A DNA stretch of 36,385 nucleotides, from contig NW_021836854.1 in NCBI RefSeq assembly GCF_006345805.1, positions 1 to 36,385 on the forward strand. Reading direction: 5' to 3'. The notes beneath the pieces were generated by a model. It had not been told where the DNA came from and did no database searches. It worked only from the letters and a program-made list of their open reading frames with translations. Of this stretch, positions 1-10,821 are shown one piece after another. Source of the stretch: Octopus sinensis. Its lineage: Eukaryota. The translations under genes and the position numbers were made by a program. The number at the start of each line of letters is the position of its first letter. The stretch's first letter is position 1.

Positions 1-372
1 GCACTTACTATTTTTCCTCTTTGTGATCCCAAACTCATTAAAGATTCACCCCTTCCACTCCTCCCTCTTTACCACAACATCCAACCTCCTCATTCTATAT
101 CGAGTAAAAAACGGTATGGACGTTTTGTTTTGGTGTCTCGCTATACCATATACGCCTATGTGGATTTGCATCCCCAACGAAACTCATCTTTTTCCCAAAC
201 TTCTCAAACCTGCTATAATGTAATACATGTCTTTGGTGTGGTAATTGTGCGCGGCTGAAGAAGGCTATTGACATACATGTTACATCAATTATGCATTGAT
301 ATAAACTGTCCAATAAAGCCAGAAACATATGTACCGCTAAATCCTTTGCATCCTGTTTTTCTTTTGATACAT
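1..372 (+). mobile_element. Probable Penelope-like element pseudo-LTR remnant (HHR-bearing, tail ends in (TA)n)
   Basis: Contains the HHR at 251-337, followed by a short pyrimidine-rich tail that runs into (TA)n. PLE pLTRs are known to carry HHRs. No ORF is visible, so the family assignment is inferred. Confidence 0.5.
251..337 (+). ncRNA. Type I hammerhead ribozyme motif
   Basis: Stem I GCGG(251-254)/CCGC(334-337); core CUGAAGA (255-261); stem II GGCU-AUUG-ACA paired with UGUC-CAAU-AGCC; GAAA (322-325); palindromic stem III ACAUAUGU; cleavage triplet GUA, cut after 333. Confidence 0.75.
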
Positions 373-544
373 ATATATATATATATATATATGTGTATGT
401 ATGTATATATGTATATATATATCCTTAAAATCCTTTAAAATGTTTTGGCCCGAAGGCCGCGGCCATGCTGGGGCACCACCGCTGTTAATATATGTTTATA
501 TATATGTATGTATATTTATATATGTTTATATATATATATATGTG

Positions 545-576
<32 letters not shown>
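370..576. repeat. (TA)n/(TATG)n microsatellite with a short SINE-tail remnant (about 420-485, minus strand)
   Basis: Read directly. GGCCATGCTGGGGCACCACC matches the SINE-A 3' region seen elsewhere in the window. Confidence 0.85.
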
Positions 577-578
<2 letters not shown>

Positions 579-873
579 CGTGACATATATTTGCCATTTA
601 AGTATGGCAAACCCCTAAGGGAGTGGATGTTACTGTAGTTTGTAGCCCCAGGAGGACACATCCTCCAGCTGGCTTTAGTTGCCATTTAAATATGGCTAAC
701 CCCTAAGATGGCTGAAGGTTACTGTAGTTTGTAGCCCAGGAGGAAAACCTCCTCAGCTGGCTTTTGTGTGTCTAAAGCCAGCTGGAGGAGGTGTCCTCCT
801 GGGGCTACAAACTACAGTAGCATCCACCCCCTTAGGGGTTAGCCATATTTAAATGGCAAATACATGTCACGAT
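577..873. mobile_element. MITE/foldback element with about 100-bp terminal inverted repeats and an internal third copy of the arm
   Basis: ATCGTGACATATATTTGCCATTT...CAGCTGGCTTTAG (577-678) is the reverse complement of CTAAAGCCAGCTGG...AAATGGCAAATACATGTCACGAT (772-873). Positions 679-765 are a direct copy of the left arm. TSD is ambiguous. Confidence 0.8.
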
Positions 874-972
874 GTGTTGCAGCTACTGTTTATAACTCGC
901 TCTAAGATTTATTATTATTATTATATATATATATGTATGTATGTATGTATGTATGATGTATGTATGTATAAT

Positions 973-1208
973 AGGCACAAGCATGGATTTGTGGTTCAGT
1001 CACAGATCTGTGACATCTTGGGTAAGTGTCTACTACTATAAACTTGGGCCAACCAAAGCCTTGTGAGTGGATTTGGTAGATGGAAACTGAAAGAAGCCTG
1101 TCATATATATATATATAATATATTTTATCCACACACATATACATATATACATGTATATATATATATATGTGTGTATATATATATATATATGTGTGTGTGT
1201 ATATATAT

Positions 1209-1253
<45 letters not shown>

Positions 1254-1498
1254 GGCATGTATGTATGTGTCTATGTGTGTGTGTCTCTGTGTTTGTCCCT
1301 GCATCACTGCTTGACAGCTGGTGTTAGTTTGTTTACATCCTCGTAACTTAGCAGTTCAGCAAAAAAGACTGATAGAATAAATACTAGACTTCAAAAAAAA
1401 AAGGGGGCCTGAGGTAGATTTGTTCAATTAATGCCCTTCAAGGCAGTGCTCCAGCATGGCCACAGTCAAATGACTGAAACAAGCAAATGGATAAAAGA

Positions 1499-1499
<1 letters not shown>
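973..1499 (+). mobile_element. tRNA-derived SINE family A, decayed copy
   Basis: Matches the other copies (CCAAAGCCTTGTGAGTGGATTTGGTAGA, internal TA/TG tract, CCAGCATGGCCACAGTCAAATGACTGAAACAAG). Confidence 0.8.
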
Positions 1500-1539
<40 letters not shown>

Positions 1540-1649
1540 ATACTTACAACATTTAATAAAATGATGTAGTACGAAACGATCGTACCAAATTACCGGAGTC
1601 ATTCTTGTTGCTTATTTTGAGTATATACATATATATATATCCAAATAAA

Positions 1650-2123
1650 ATCAGATCCAAATCCAATCAGATATCAGCAAGCAGAACCAAAATCGAAGTC
1701 GATCAACATCAATGGAAATTGCAGCTGTGATACCAGTGCCGGTGACAAGTAAGCGAACCATCCAATCGTGGACGTTGCCAGCTCCGCCCCGACTGGCCTC
1801 CGTGCCGGTGGCACATAAAAAAGCACCATCCGTTCGTGGCCGTTGCCAGCCTCGCCTGGCCCCCGTGCTGGTGGCACATAAAAAGCACCATCCGTTCGTG
1901 GCCGTTTGCCAGCTCTGTCTGGCACCTGTGCAGGTGGCACGTAAAAAGCACCCACTACACACACGGAGTGGTTGGCGTTAGGAAGGGCATCCAGCCGTAG
2001 AAACACTGCCAGATCAGACTGGGCCTGATGCAGCCTTCTGGCTTCACAGACCCCAGTTGAACCGTCCAACCCATGCTAGCATGGAAAACGGACGCTAAAC
2101 GATGATGATGATGATGATGATGA
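1650..2123 (+). mobile_element. RTE-tailed non-autonomous retroelement family C with internal about 60-bp tandem units and (GAT)n tail
   Basis: Units GTGCCGGTGGCACATAAAAAGCACCATCCG...; 3' region GGAAGGGCATCCAGCCGTAGAAA...GCATGGAAAACGGACGCTAAAC(GAT)n, which resembles RTE-type 3' ends. Confidence 0.75.
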
Positions 2124-2559
2124 TATATATAGGCAGATGAATTTGGCCTTCAGAAAAAGATAAGTTACTGAAAAGGTTGTGAATGGCAACAAAAGAACTT
2201 TGATGAGCACAAAAAACAAAACAAAGAAAGCAAAACGATTGTTAAACCAATAAGTTTAAACAAACGATCAATTAGTTGGATAAATATTTAACCATTTGAC
2301 AAATATTAAAGGAGTGGAACTGAACTGGTACATGTGGTGTTAATGTTGGCATTATGCCTCTCCCAAGAAACAACACAATTTGTTTCAACACATGAATTCA
2401 TATAAAGAATCCTACAACACTAATAAAAAAAACAAGGTATGTATATACATGTGTGTGTATATATATATTCTTTTCTACTCTAGGCAGAAGGCCCAAAATT
2501 TTTGTGGAGGGGGTTAATAGATTAGATCGACCTCAGTACACAACTGGTACATTATATAT

Positions 2560-3006
2560 ATACCAGTGCCGGTGGCACATAAGCGAGCCATCCGACCGTG
2601 GCCGTTGCCAGTGCCACCCCCACGGGCCTCTGTGCCGGTGGCACGTAAAAAGCCACCATCCGATCATGGCCGTTGCCAGCCACGCCTGGCCCCTGTGCCG
2701 GTGGCACGTAAAAAGCACAATCCAGTCGTGGCCATTGCCAGCCTCACTTGGCCCCCGTGCTGGTGGCATGTGAAAAGCACCATCCGATCGTGGCCGTTTG
2801 CCAGCCCCGTCTGGCACCTGTTCCAGTGCCACGTAAAAAGCACCCACTATGCTCACGGAGTGGTTGGCATTAGGAAGAGCATCCAGCCGTAGAAACATTG
2901 CCAGATCAGACTGGGCCTGGTGCAGCCTTCTGGCTTCCCAGACCCCAGCTGAACCGTCCAACCCATGCTAGCATGGAAAGCAGACACTAAACGATGATGA
3001 TGATAT
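2560..3006 (+). mobile_element. Family C retroelement, second copy
   Basis: Colinear with 1730-2123, has more internal units and ends in AAAC(GAT)n. Confidence 0.75.
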
Positions 3007-3025
3007 AAATATATATATATATATG

Positions 3026-3318
3026 TTTTTATTCTTTTATTCTTTTACTTGTTTCAGTCATTTGACTGCAGCCATGCTGGAGCACCGCCTTAGACGAACA
3101 AATTAATCCCAGGGCTTATTCCTTGTAAGCTTAGTGCTTATTCTATCGGTCTCTTTTGCCAAACTGCTAAGTTACAGGGACATGAACACACCAACATCAG
3201 TTATCAAATGATGGTGGAGGGACAAACAAACACACACACATATACGATGGGCTTCTTTCAGTTTCCGTCCACCAAATCCACTCAAAGCTTTGGTTGGCTC
3301 AAGGCTATAATTGGAGAC
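3026..3318 (-). mobile_element. SINE family A, 3' portion
   Basis: Reverse complement of the family A body with a (TAAAAGAA)-type tail. Confidence 0.8.
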
Positions 3319-3424
3319 ACACACACACACACACACATATATATATGCATATATATGTATATGTACATAGATACATGTGTGTGTTTGTGTGTGTGTGTGT
3401 GTGTGCATGCGAGTATGTTATGTA

Positions 3425-3680
3425 TCATCATCATCATCATCATTGGTTAACATTCACTTTCCATGTTGGCATCGGTTGAATGGCTTGTCCAGATTCCAGT
3501 TGTCTGTTGTGGCATGGTTTCTATGGTTGGATGCCATTCCTAATGCCAACCACTCAAGAGAACATACTGGGTGCCCTTTATGTGCCAGCAGCACAGGTGC
3601 GTTTATGCAACACCTGCACGGGTGCATTCCTGCAACACTGGCACAGGTGCTTTTTATGTGCAGCTGGCACCTGAAGGGAC
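3425..3680 (-). mobile_element. Family C retroelement, old decayed copy
   Basis: (CAT)n followed by TTCCATG...GGATGCCATTCCTAATGCCAACC and degenerate GTGCCA units. Confidence 0.65.
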
Positions 3681-3745
3681 ATGTCTGAATGCATGGAAGA
3701 CAGGGATTTTAATAATCGTCACACATCAATGCATATCATTATATA

Positions 3746-4140
3746 GGCGCAGGAGTGGCTGTGTGGTGAGTAGCTTGCTTCCCACAACCACATGGTTCAG
3801 GGTTCAGTCCCACTGCGTGGCACCTTGGGCTGACTACTCGGGCTGACCAAAGCCTTGTGAGTGGATTTGGTAGATGGAAACTGAAGGAGGCCCATCATAT
3901 ATATGTATATATATATGTATGTGTGTGTATGTTTGTGTGTCTGTGTTTGTCCCACCAACATCGCTTGACAACCGATGCTGGTGTGTTTACGTCCCCGTAA
4001 CTTAGCGGTTCGGCAAAAGAAACCGATAGAATAAGTACTAGAATTCCAAAGAATAAGTCCTGGGGTCGATTTGCTTGACTTAAGACAATGCTCCAACATG
4101 ACTACCGTCAAATGACTGAAACAAGTAAAAGAGTAGAGTA
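3746..4140 (+). mobile_element. SINE family A, near full length
   Basis: Head GGCGCAGGAGTGGCTGTGTGG (A-box-like) and GGTTCAGTCCC (B-box-like), body, and GAGTA tail. Confidence 0.85.
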
Positions 4141-4622
4141 ATAATGTCTGCCATTATCCAGTTTTATTTCAAGATTTCTTACCAATAGAGAAAGAACCAG
4201 TTTCCAGCCAAGACCCAAGGCTCCTTCATTGGAATTTCAACAACAATGGTATTTTTGCATGTATGTGTATGTGCAGTATTTGGAGTCTGTGCATGTGCAG
4301 ATTTGCATGTTGCATTTTACGCATGTATTCTCATGCATATAGTTAGTTGCATGTCTAGACATGCTCTTATATACTGAAATGATAAACTTCTGGAAACTTT
4401 CTTACAAATTTTTGCACTTCCAGTGATGGCTTGAATCTGTAGTCTTTGAACTAGCTTTCTCTTTTCTAGTTTTGAGAAGCCTAATTTCTCAAGATTAGTA
4501 TTTAGGCAGTGTGTTATATATCCCAGTGCCCCAATAATTACAGGTATAAACCTAGACTTGTAATCTGGATAGAGCAGAGTAGCTGTATATTCCTCAATAG
4601 TTCAATGTAGGTATTTTCTTTT
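4141..4622 (-). mobile_element. Decayed 3' end of a restriction-like-endonuclease non-LTR retrotransposon (R4/NeSL/CRE-type)
   Basis: Manual minus-strand translation with one frameshift gives KENTYIELLRNIQLL / YPDYKSRFIPVIIGALGYITHCLNTNLEKLGFSKLEKRKLVQRLQIQAITGSAKICK. The PVIIGALG...G..KI signature is typical of RLE C-termini. A 3' UTR follows. Confidence 0.7.
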
Positions 4623-4839
4623 ATGTATGTATGTATTTATATGTCGTGGGTATGATTTTAGACTGTATGTAGAAGTGAGGTCCTGGTTTGAAATTTCCAG
4701 GGTTTTGAAGGGTGTGAAGTTACCTCTTAGCCACTGTTTTTTAACAGGTCTACTTAGACCCAGAATAGTAGCACCTGTCAGACTCCCAACAATTAGTTAC
4801 CTTTCATATAGACAGCTGGGAGTGAAGGACCCACAAGCA

Positions 4840-4988
4840 CACACACACACATATATATATATATACATATATACGACGGGCTTCTTTAAGTTTCCATCTA
4901 CCAAATTCACTCACAAGGCTTTGGTCGGCCCGAGGTTATAGTAGAAGACACTTGCCCAAGGTGCCATGCAGTGGGACTGAACCCCAAA
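4840..4988 (-). mobile_element. SINE family A, 5' fragment
   Basis: Reverse complement of GGTTCAGTCCCACTGC...CCAAAGCCTTGTGAG. Confidence 0.75.
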
Positions 4989-5179
4989 AGAAATTTCTTG
5001 ATTATAGATGCCACCTGCTTCTCATCTCTTAGAATTTTAGCAGAATGTGTAGACAGAACTCTTTCTGTTTGGTATTTCATCAACTCCAGCTGGTACCAAA
5101 GTTCCTTTCTGCCCCTCACCCCCACCATTCTCTTCTTTTTATACATCAATCACTTATTTACTAATACATCCAACAACGC

Positions 5180-5199
5180 CCTCTCTTTCTCTCTCTCTC

Positions 5200-5249
<50 letters not shown>

Positions 5250-5611
5250 CTTTATGATGCTACCCTTTATTTCTCCCTAACATTCTCCAACGAAGCACCA
5301 GAAATCACATCTCCCCTCACAATCCAGATACCACACACCCAACCCACCCTGACTCTATGCACAGTGTATGTATGTGTGTGTGTGCATGTGTATGTGTGTA
5401 TGTGTGTGCATGTATGTGTGTGTGAGTGCATGTGTGTATGTGTTTGCGTGTGTACATGTGTGTGTGAGTCTATTTGTGTGTGTTTGCATGTGTGTCTGAG
5501 TGTGTGTGTCTGTGTGAGTGTGTTTGTGTGTGTGTGTGTGTATGTAAGAGAGAGAGAGAACAGACAGACAGACAGACAGACAGACAGAGACAGACAGAGA
5601 GTGAGACAGGG

Positions 5612-5661
<50 letters not shown>

Positions 5662-5682
5662 TGTGTGTGTGTGTGTGTGTGT
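5180..5682. repeat. Compound (CT)n/(TG)n/(GACA)n/(GA)n microsatellites
   Basis: Read directly. They explain the ORFs at 4971-5788. Confidence 0.9.
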
Positions 5683-5689
5683 ACCATTA

Positions 5690-5868
5690 TCTAGACATCA
5701 TGTGATGATTGTAAATGAGCATCCATGTTATACAAGAGGGGTTGTGTTGCTTCCAGCCTTCTGTGGAAAGAAACATTTCAAGTCATGAGGAAATATTACC
5801 TTGCTTGGAAACAGGTGAGGGTTGGTGGCAGGAAGGGCATCCAGCCGTAGAAAATCTGCCTCAACAAA
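5690..5868 (+). mobile_element. 3' part of an RTE-tailed SINE variant
   Basis: GAAATATTACCTTGCTTGGAAACAGGTGAGGGTTGGTGGCAGGAAGGGCATCCAGCCGTAGAAAATCTGCCTC shares the family C tail motif. Confidence 0.6.
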
Positions 5869-6266
5869 GGTGGTGGTGGGGACGATGACGGCGGCGGTAG
5901 CAGTGGTGGTGGAGAGGTGGTATTGGTGGTGGTCGTGGTGGGTGGTCGTGGTGGTCGTGGTGGTGAAGATGGTGGTGGTGGTGGCGGTGGTGGTGGTGGT
6001 GGTGGTGGTTGTGTTGGGGTGGTGGTGGTGGTGAATGTGGCGGCGGTGGTGGTGGTGGTGAATGTGGCGGCGGTGGTGGTGGTGGTGGTGGTGGTGAAGG
6101 TGGTGGTGGTGGTGGTGAAGGTGGTGGTGGTGGTGGTGGTGAAGATAGTGGTGGTGGTGAAGATGGAGGTGGAGGGGTGGTGTTGGTGAAGATGGTGGTG
6201 GTGTTGGTGGTGTTGGTAATGGGGTGATGATGACATTGTTGATGATGATGATGATGATGATGATGG
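5869..6266. repeat. (GGT)n/(GAT)n trinucleotide tract
   Basis: Read directly. It explains the poly-Pro/Thr/Val/Gly ORFs. Confidence 0.9.
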
Positions 6267-6681
6267 GTTTTCACACACGTTTTTTTCTGAACTGATTGGA
6301 AAGAAGAGTACATCTAAATATTGATGACATACCTGATAACGATCAGAGATCAAATTAATGGGAAGCAGCACAGATCTAAATATTGATAAGGTATTGATGG
6401 CGATCGGAGATCAGATTGGAAAATAGGTCTGGATGTAAATATCATAATGTTTCATTTTTTATTTTTTGTGCTTTGCAATGATATTAATTAGTCCGCAATT
6501 AGTTAATTAGTCTATAAGATTATAATTTTATCAATTGTAATTGTGTTTCTCAGAGAATCTTGCAGTCAAGACAACAGTGTGTGTGTGGTGTGCATGTTTT
6601 TGTGAATGTATGTTTGTCTGTAGCTGCATGTGTTTCATGTATGTGTACGTGGCCTTGCTGGAGCACTGCCTGCCAGGGTTT

Positions 6682-6850
6682 CAGGCATGACTGTGCGGTA
6701 AGAAGTTTGCTTCCCAACCGCATAGTGGCAGGTTCAGTCCTACCCTGTGGCATCTTGGGCAAGTGTCTAATACTATAGTCTCAGGCAGACCAAAGCCTTG
6801 TGAGTAGATTTCATAGACAGAAACTGAAAGAAAAAGAAGCCCCATCGTGG
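6682..6850 (+). mobile_element. SINE family A, decayed 5' half
   Basis: GGCATGACTGTGCGGTAAGAAG...GGTTCAGTCC...CCAAAGCCTTGTGAG. Confidence 0.7.
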
Positions 6851-6867
6851 TGTGGTGTGTATATATC

Positions 6868-6927
<60 letters not shown>

Positions 6928-7320
6928 GACATTAAAACGGTGGTGGATGGTGGTGATGATGGTGGTGGGGTAACTGCCCGAAATGGTCGTGAGTTTGGGA
7001 CTTGACTGAGGAGAGAAAGCCAAGAATGAGCCGTCTTTTTTTTGCCATGTCCTTCTAATTGTTGTTTTTCTTGTCGGCCTTTGTATCGTCTATCTGTCCG
7101 AATGTTTTAATGCCCTCTATTTTGTTCTATTTATATATATTTCCCTCTTTACACACCCTAAAAAAAATTGTAATCGTGCCACATGTATCCCATATTACTG
7201 ATTTTTATGCACATATTCCAAAATTCCAGTCTTATTAAACCTGTTAAAAGGATTTTGCTCCTGAAAAATGAAGGTCCTGCTAGTATATGTATATATATAT
7301 ATGTATGTGTGTCTTTGTTT

Positions 7321-7582
7321 AGAAGTTTAGATGGGCTGGACACGTCGCCCGGCTTACCGATAATTGGTGGACCCATGCAGTTGTCGAGTGGTACTCGCGC
7401 AAGTAGAAATGACCACTCAGAAGGCCTCCACAACGGTGGAGTTACGGTTTCAGGAGGACGATTGGGATCACTTGGATGAGGTAAGCGTGATCCATAGAAG
7501 AGTGGACAGCATGCTGTGACCAGCGGTGTCAAATGGACTCCCGACAGACTGGTCAGTCAAGGTGATCAAGGTGACCAAGGTG
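7321..7582 (+). mobile_element. 5'-truncated RTE-clade LINE with TSD
   Basis: Frame from 7323 reads KFRWAGHVARLTDNWWTHAVVEWYSRK*K*PLRRPPQRWS...TWMR (RTE ORF2 C-terminus). Tail is (CAAGGTGAT)x3 at 7558-7584. A 16-bp TSD with one mismatch lies at 7305-7320 and 7583-7598. Confidence 0.85.
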
Positions 7583-7584
7583 AT

Positions 7585-7803
7585 GTGTGTCTGTGTTTGT
7601 TCCTCACCACCACTTGACAACTGGTGTTGGTGTGTTTACATTCCTGTAACTTAGCAGTTCAACAAAAGAGACTGACAGGATAATTATCACGCTGAAAAGA
7701 ATAAGTACCAAGGTTGATTTGTCCGACAAAAATTTTTCAAGGCTGTGCCCCAGCATGACCACAGTTTAATGACTGACACAAGTATAAGATAAAAGATAAA
7801 AGA
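7585..7803 (+). mobile_element. SINE family A, 3' half (target of the RTE insertion)
   Basis: GTGTTTGTTCC...CTTGACAACTGGTGTTGG...CCCCAGCATGACCACAG...(GATAAAA)n. Confidence 0.75.
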
Positions 7804-7877
7804 TTAATTAGATGTGCTGTAAGGGTAAGGGACAGGGCCCATTGCCATTACAATGTTTCCAAAACCTCAGATGCCAA

Positions 7878-8079
7878 ACACAGACACACAAACACACACA
7901 CATATATATATACACAAATACGACAGGCTTCTTTCAGTTTCCATCTACCAAATCCACTCACAAGGCTTTGGTTGGCCCGAGGCTATAGCAGAAGACACTT
8001 GCCTAAGGTGCCACGCAGTGGGACTGAACCTGGAACTATGTCGTTGGGAAGCAAGCTTCTTAACTACACAGTCATGCCT
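7878..8079 (-). mobile_element. SINE family A, 5' half
   Basis: Reverse complement of the family A head and body. Confidence 0.8.
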
Positions 8080-8086
8080 CTGTTTG

Positions 8087-8362
8087 TACTTATTTGAAGA
8101 ACATGTGATTTGAATATCAAAGGAAAGAATTGCAAGACCGATTCTTCAAGCCAAGTTAACCAGTAGGGAGTCTAGGGAGTAGTCCAAAGAACAAGGTTAC
8201 TGGATAATATTCCTAGTCTTAGTTGGTCATGGTTGGAAATCCAGCCTGAAAATCTAATGACATTTGCTTCTGACAGCACATTATGGAAGAGTTGCCTGAG
8301 AACTCGACCCCCAATGGCCCTTCCAGGAAAAAACAGATGGGTGCATGAATGGAAGGATAGAT
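8087..8362 (+). mobile_element. Decayed RTE-clade LINE 3' end
   Basis: Frameshifted translation YLFEEHVI*ISKERIARPILQAKLTSR... / RTRLLDNIPSLSWSWLEIQPENLMTFASDSTLWKSCL resembles the RTE ORF2 C-terminus. Confidence 0.65.
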
Positions 8363-8387
8363 ATTAAAAAAACTCTTATAAAAAAAT

Positions 8388-8556
8388 GTCAGGAGTGGCT
8401 GTGTGGTAAGTAGCTTGCTTACCAACCACATGGTTCCAGGTTCAGTCCCACTGCGTGGCACCTTGGGCAAGTGTCTTCTACTATAGCCTCGGGCTGACCA
8501 GAGCCTTGTGGGTGGATTTGGTAGACAGAAACTGAAAGAAGCCTGTCGTATATATG

Positions 8557-8587
<31 letters not shown>

Positions 8588-8801
8588 GTGCATCTGTGTT
8601 TGTTCCCCACAAAATCACTTGACAACCAATGCTGGTGTGTTTAAGTTCTGTAACTTAGCAGTTCAGCGAAAGAGACCGATACAATAAGTTTCAGGCATGG
8701 CTTACAAAGAGTAAGTCCTGGGGTCGATTTGCTTGACTAAAGGCAGTGCACCAGCATGGCCACAGTCAAATGACTGAAACAAGTAAAAGAGTAAAGAGTA
8801 A
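8388..8801 (+). mobile_element. SINE family A, full length
   Basis: Head, body and (AAGAGTA)n tail are all present, with several CpG-to-TpG/CpA changes. Confidence 0.85.
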
Positions 8802-8864
8802 AGAATATTGATAATTTTTAGTATTTTTGTATTGAAAAATTTTCTTATAGTCTTTTAAAGCATA

Positions 8865-9500
8865 TGTGTGTGTGTATATGCGTGTGCATGTGTGTGTGTG
8901 TGTGTGTGTGTGTGATGTGTATGTGTGTGTTTGGGCGTATGTACTTGGATGAGTGCCTGTGTGTGTGTGTGTTTGTGCATGCATGTGTGCGTGTGTGTAT
9001 ATGTGTGTGCAAGTGTGTATGTGTACCCATGTGTGTATGTACTCAAACTGCTTAGCAACCGGCACTGGTTTGTTTATGTCCCTGTAACATAGCAGTTTGG
9101 CAAAAGGAGACTGATAGATTAAATACCAAACATGAAAATGTAATGGCATTGATTTATTCAATGTAATGGCATTGATTTATTCAATTAAACCCATGAAGGT
9201 GGTGCTCCAGAATGACCACAAGTAAATAAATTTCTGTGTGTGTGTGTGTGTGTGTGTCTGTGTGCCTTTATTTGCGTATGTGTGTGAATGTACACGTCTG
9301 TTAAAGTATGTCTTTGCATTAGAGCATATGTGTGCATGAGAGAGCGAGAACTTGTGTGTGTGTGTGTGTGTGTCTGTGTGTGTCTGTGTGTGTGTGTGTG
9401 TCTGTGTGTGTGTGTGTGTCTGTGTGTGTGTCTCTCTCTCACTCTCTCTCTCTCTCTCTCTCTTTCTCTCTGTATCTGTGTGTCTGTGTCTGTGTGTGTG
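8865..9500. repeat. (TG)n/(CT)n microsatellites with a SINE-A fragment (about 9050-9222)
   Basis: Read directly. Confidence 0.85.
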
Positions 9501-9554
9501 TTGAAATATTGGTCATACAAAACAAGACAGTAGTATAAAGAACAAGAAGGAAAC

Positions 9555-9781
9555 AGCAAGCTGGCAGAAATGTGAAGAAACTGGGGAAAATGCTTAGTAG
9601 CAGTTTGCTTGTCCTTAGATTCCAAGTTCAAATTCTACCAAAGTCCACTTTGCATTTCATCCCTTTAGGGGTCTATAACATAAGTACTGGTTGAATTAGT
9701 ATTCAACCAGTACTTATTTTATTGTAACTGACTTCCCCCTCCTCTCAAAAATTTTTAGCACCATTCTTCTTCTTCTTCTTC

Positions 9782-9846
<65 letters not shown>

Positions 9847-10049
9847 AAGAAGAAGAAGAAGAAGAAGAAGAAGAAGAAGAAGAAGAAGAAGAAGGCAAGC
9901 AAGCTGGCAGAATCGTTGGCATGCCAGGCAAAATACTTAGCGGTATTTTGTCTATTGCTACATTCTGAGTTCAAATCCCACTGAGGTCGACTGATGAAAT
10001 AAGCATCACTTATGCACAGGGGTCAATCTAATTGACTAGCCCCCTCCTC

Positions 10050-10103
<54 letters not shown>

Positions 10104-10286
10104 GGTGAGCCGGCAGAATCCTTGTTTATGTTCTGAGTTCAAATCCTCCCGGGGTCGACTTTGCCTTTCATCATTTCAGGGTTGATAAAAATAAGTACAA
10201 GTTGAACAACGGGGTCAATTTAACTCGACTTGAACTCCCTCCCCCATATTTGCTGGCCTTGTGCCAAAATTCGAAGTCATTATAGC

Positions 10287-10290
<4 letters not shown>
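9555..10290 (+). mobile_element. Cluster of three decayed tRNA-derived SINE family B copies interleaved with (TCT)/(TTA)/(AAG)n
   Basis: Heads AGCTGGCAGAA at about 9555, 9894 and 10104; TTCTGAGTTCAAAT B-box region; CTTTCATC...GGGGTCGATAAA..AAGTAC central domain. Confidence 0.75.
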
Positions 10291-10318
<28 letters not shown>

Positions 10319-10345
10319 TAATAATAATAATAATAATCATTATTA

Positions 10346-10398
<53 letters not shown>

Positions 10399-10790
10399 GC
10401 CTTTGCACAGCTTCTAATGCTGGAGATGTACTACAGTGTCAGCTGTTCACTAGCTGTGAATTAAGGTAACACCCCTTATTTTTCGAGCACCTTCCGGAGT
10501 ATTCGTGCAGTTCCAAGCAGTGCTCTTTGTCTGCTAGTACTCCACCCTTATTGCAGCCCTTATTTGTTCCACGTACTTCTCGAGATTTTTGCTCACTGTT
10601 CCCAGGGCTCCGACAGTTATTGGTACTACTGCTACCTTTTTCATTGACCACAACTTCTTAACTTCCCAAGCTAACCTGACATATCTATCGACTTTTCTTT
10701 CTTCCTTATCGCATTCCTTGTTGTCAGCTGGGCATGCTATATTTATGATTCAGCATACTTTGTTTTCTTTCTCAATTAAGACAATTATTA
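10399..10790 (-). mobile_element. R4/Dong-like non-LTR retrotransposon 3' fragment (RLE domain)
   Basis: Minus translation IVLIEKENKVC*IINIACPADNKECDKEERKVDRYVRLAWEVKKLWSMKKVAVVPITVGALGTVSKNLEKYVEQI... then (frameshift) ALLGTARILRKVLE. Flanked on both sides by (TAA)n. Confidence 0.8.
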
Positions 10791-10821
10791 TTCTTCTTCT
10801 TATTATTATTATTATTCCTTC

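Noticed and set aside
1561-1590. GAAACGATCGTA, a palindromic stem III plus UA like a PLE hammerhead
   Set aside because: The upstream core reads ATGATGT and no workable stem I or II is present. At most a truncated remnant.
4971-6371. Long ORFs rich in CV, HT, poly-Pro/Thr/Gly/Val
   Set aside because: They are translations of (TG)n, (GA)n and (GGT)n microsatellites, with no domain or splice support.
6333-6428. 96-nt minus-strand segment with good acceptor and GTATGT donor
   Set aside because: It has stops in all three frames and overlaps a small local duplication. No evidence of use.
6955-6995. GGG-taactg-CCC-GAAA-tgg-TC, HHR-like 3' half
   Set aside because: There is no CUGANGA core or stem I, and stem III cannot pair.
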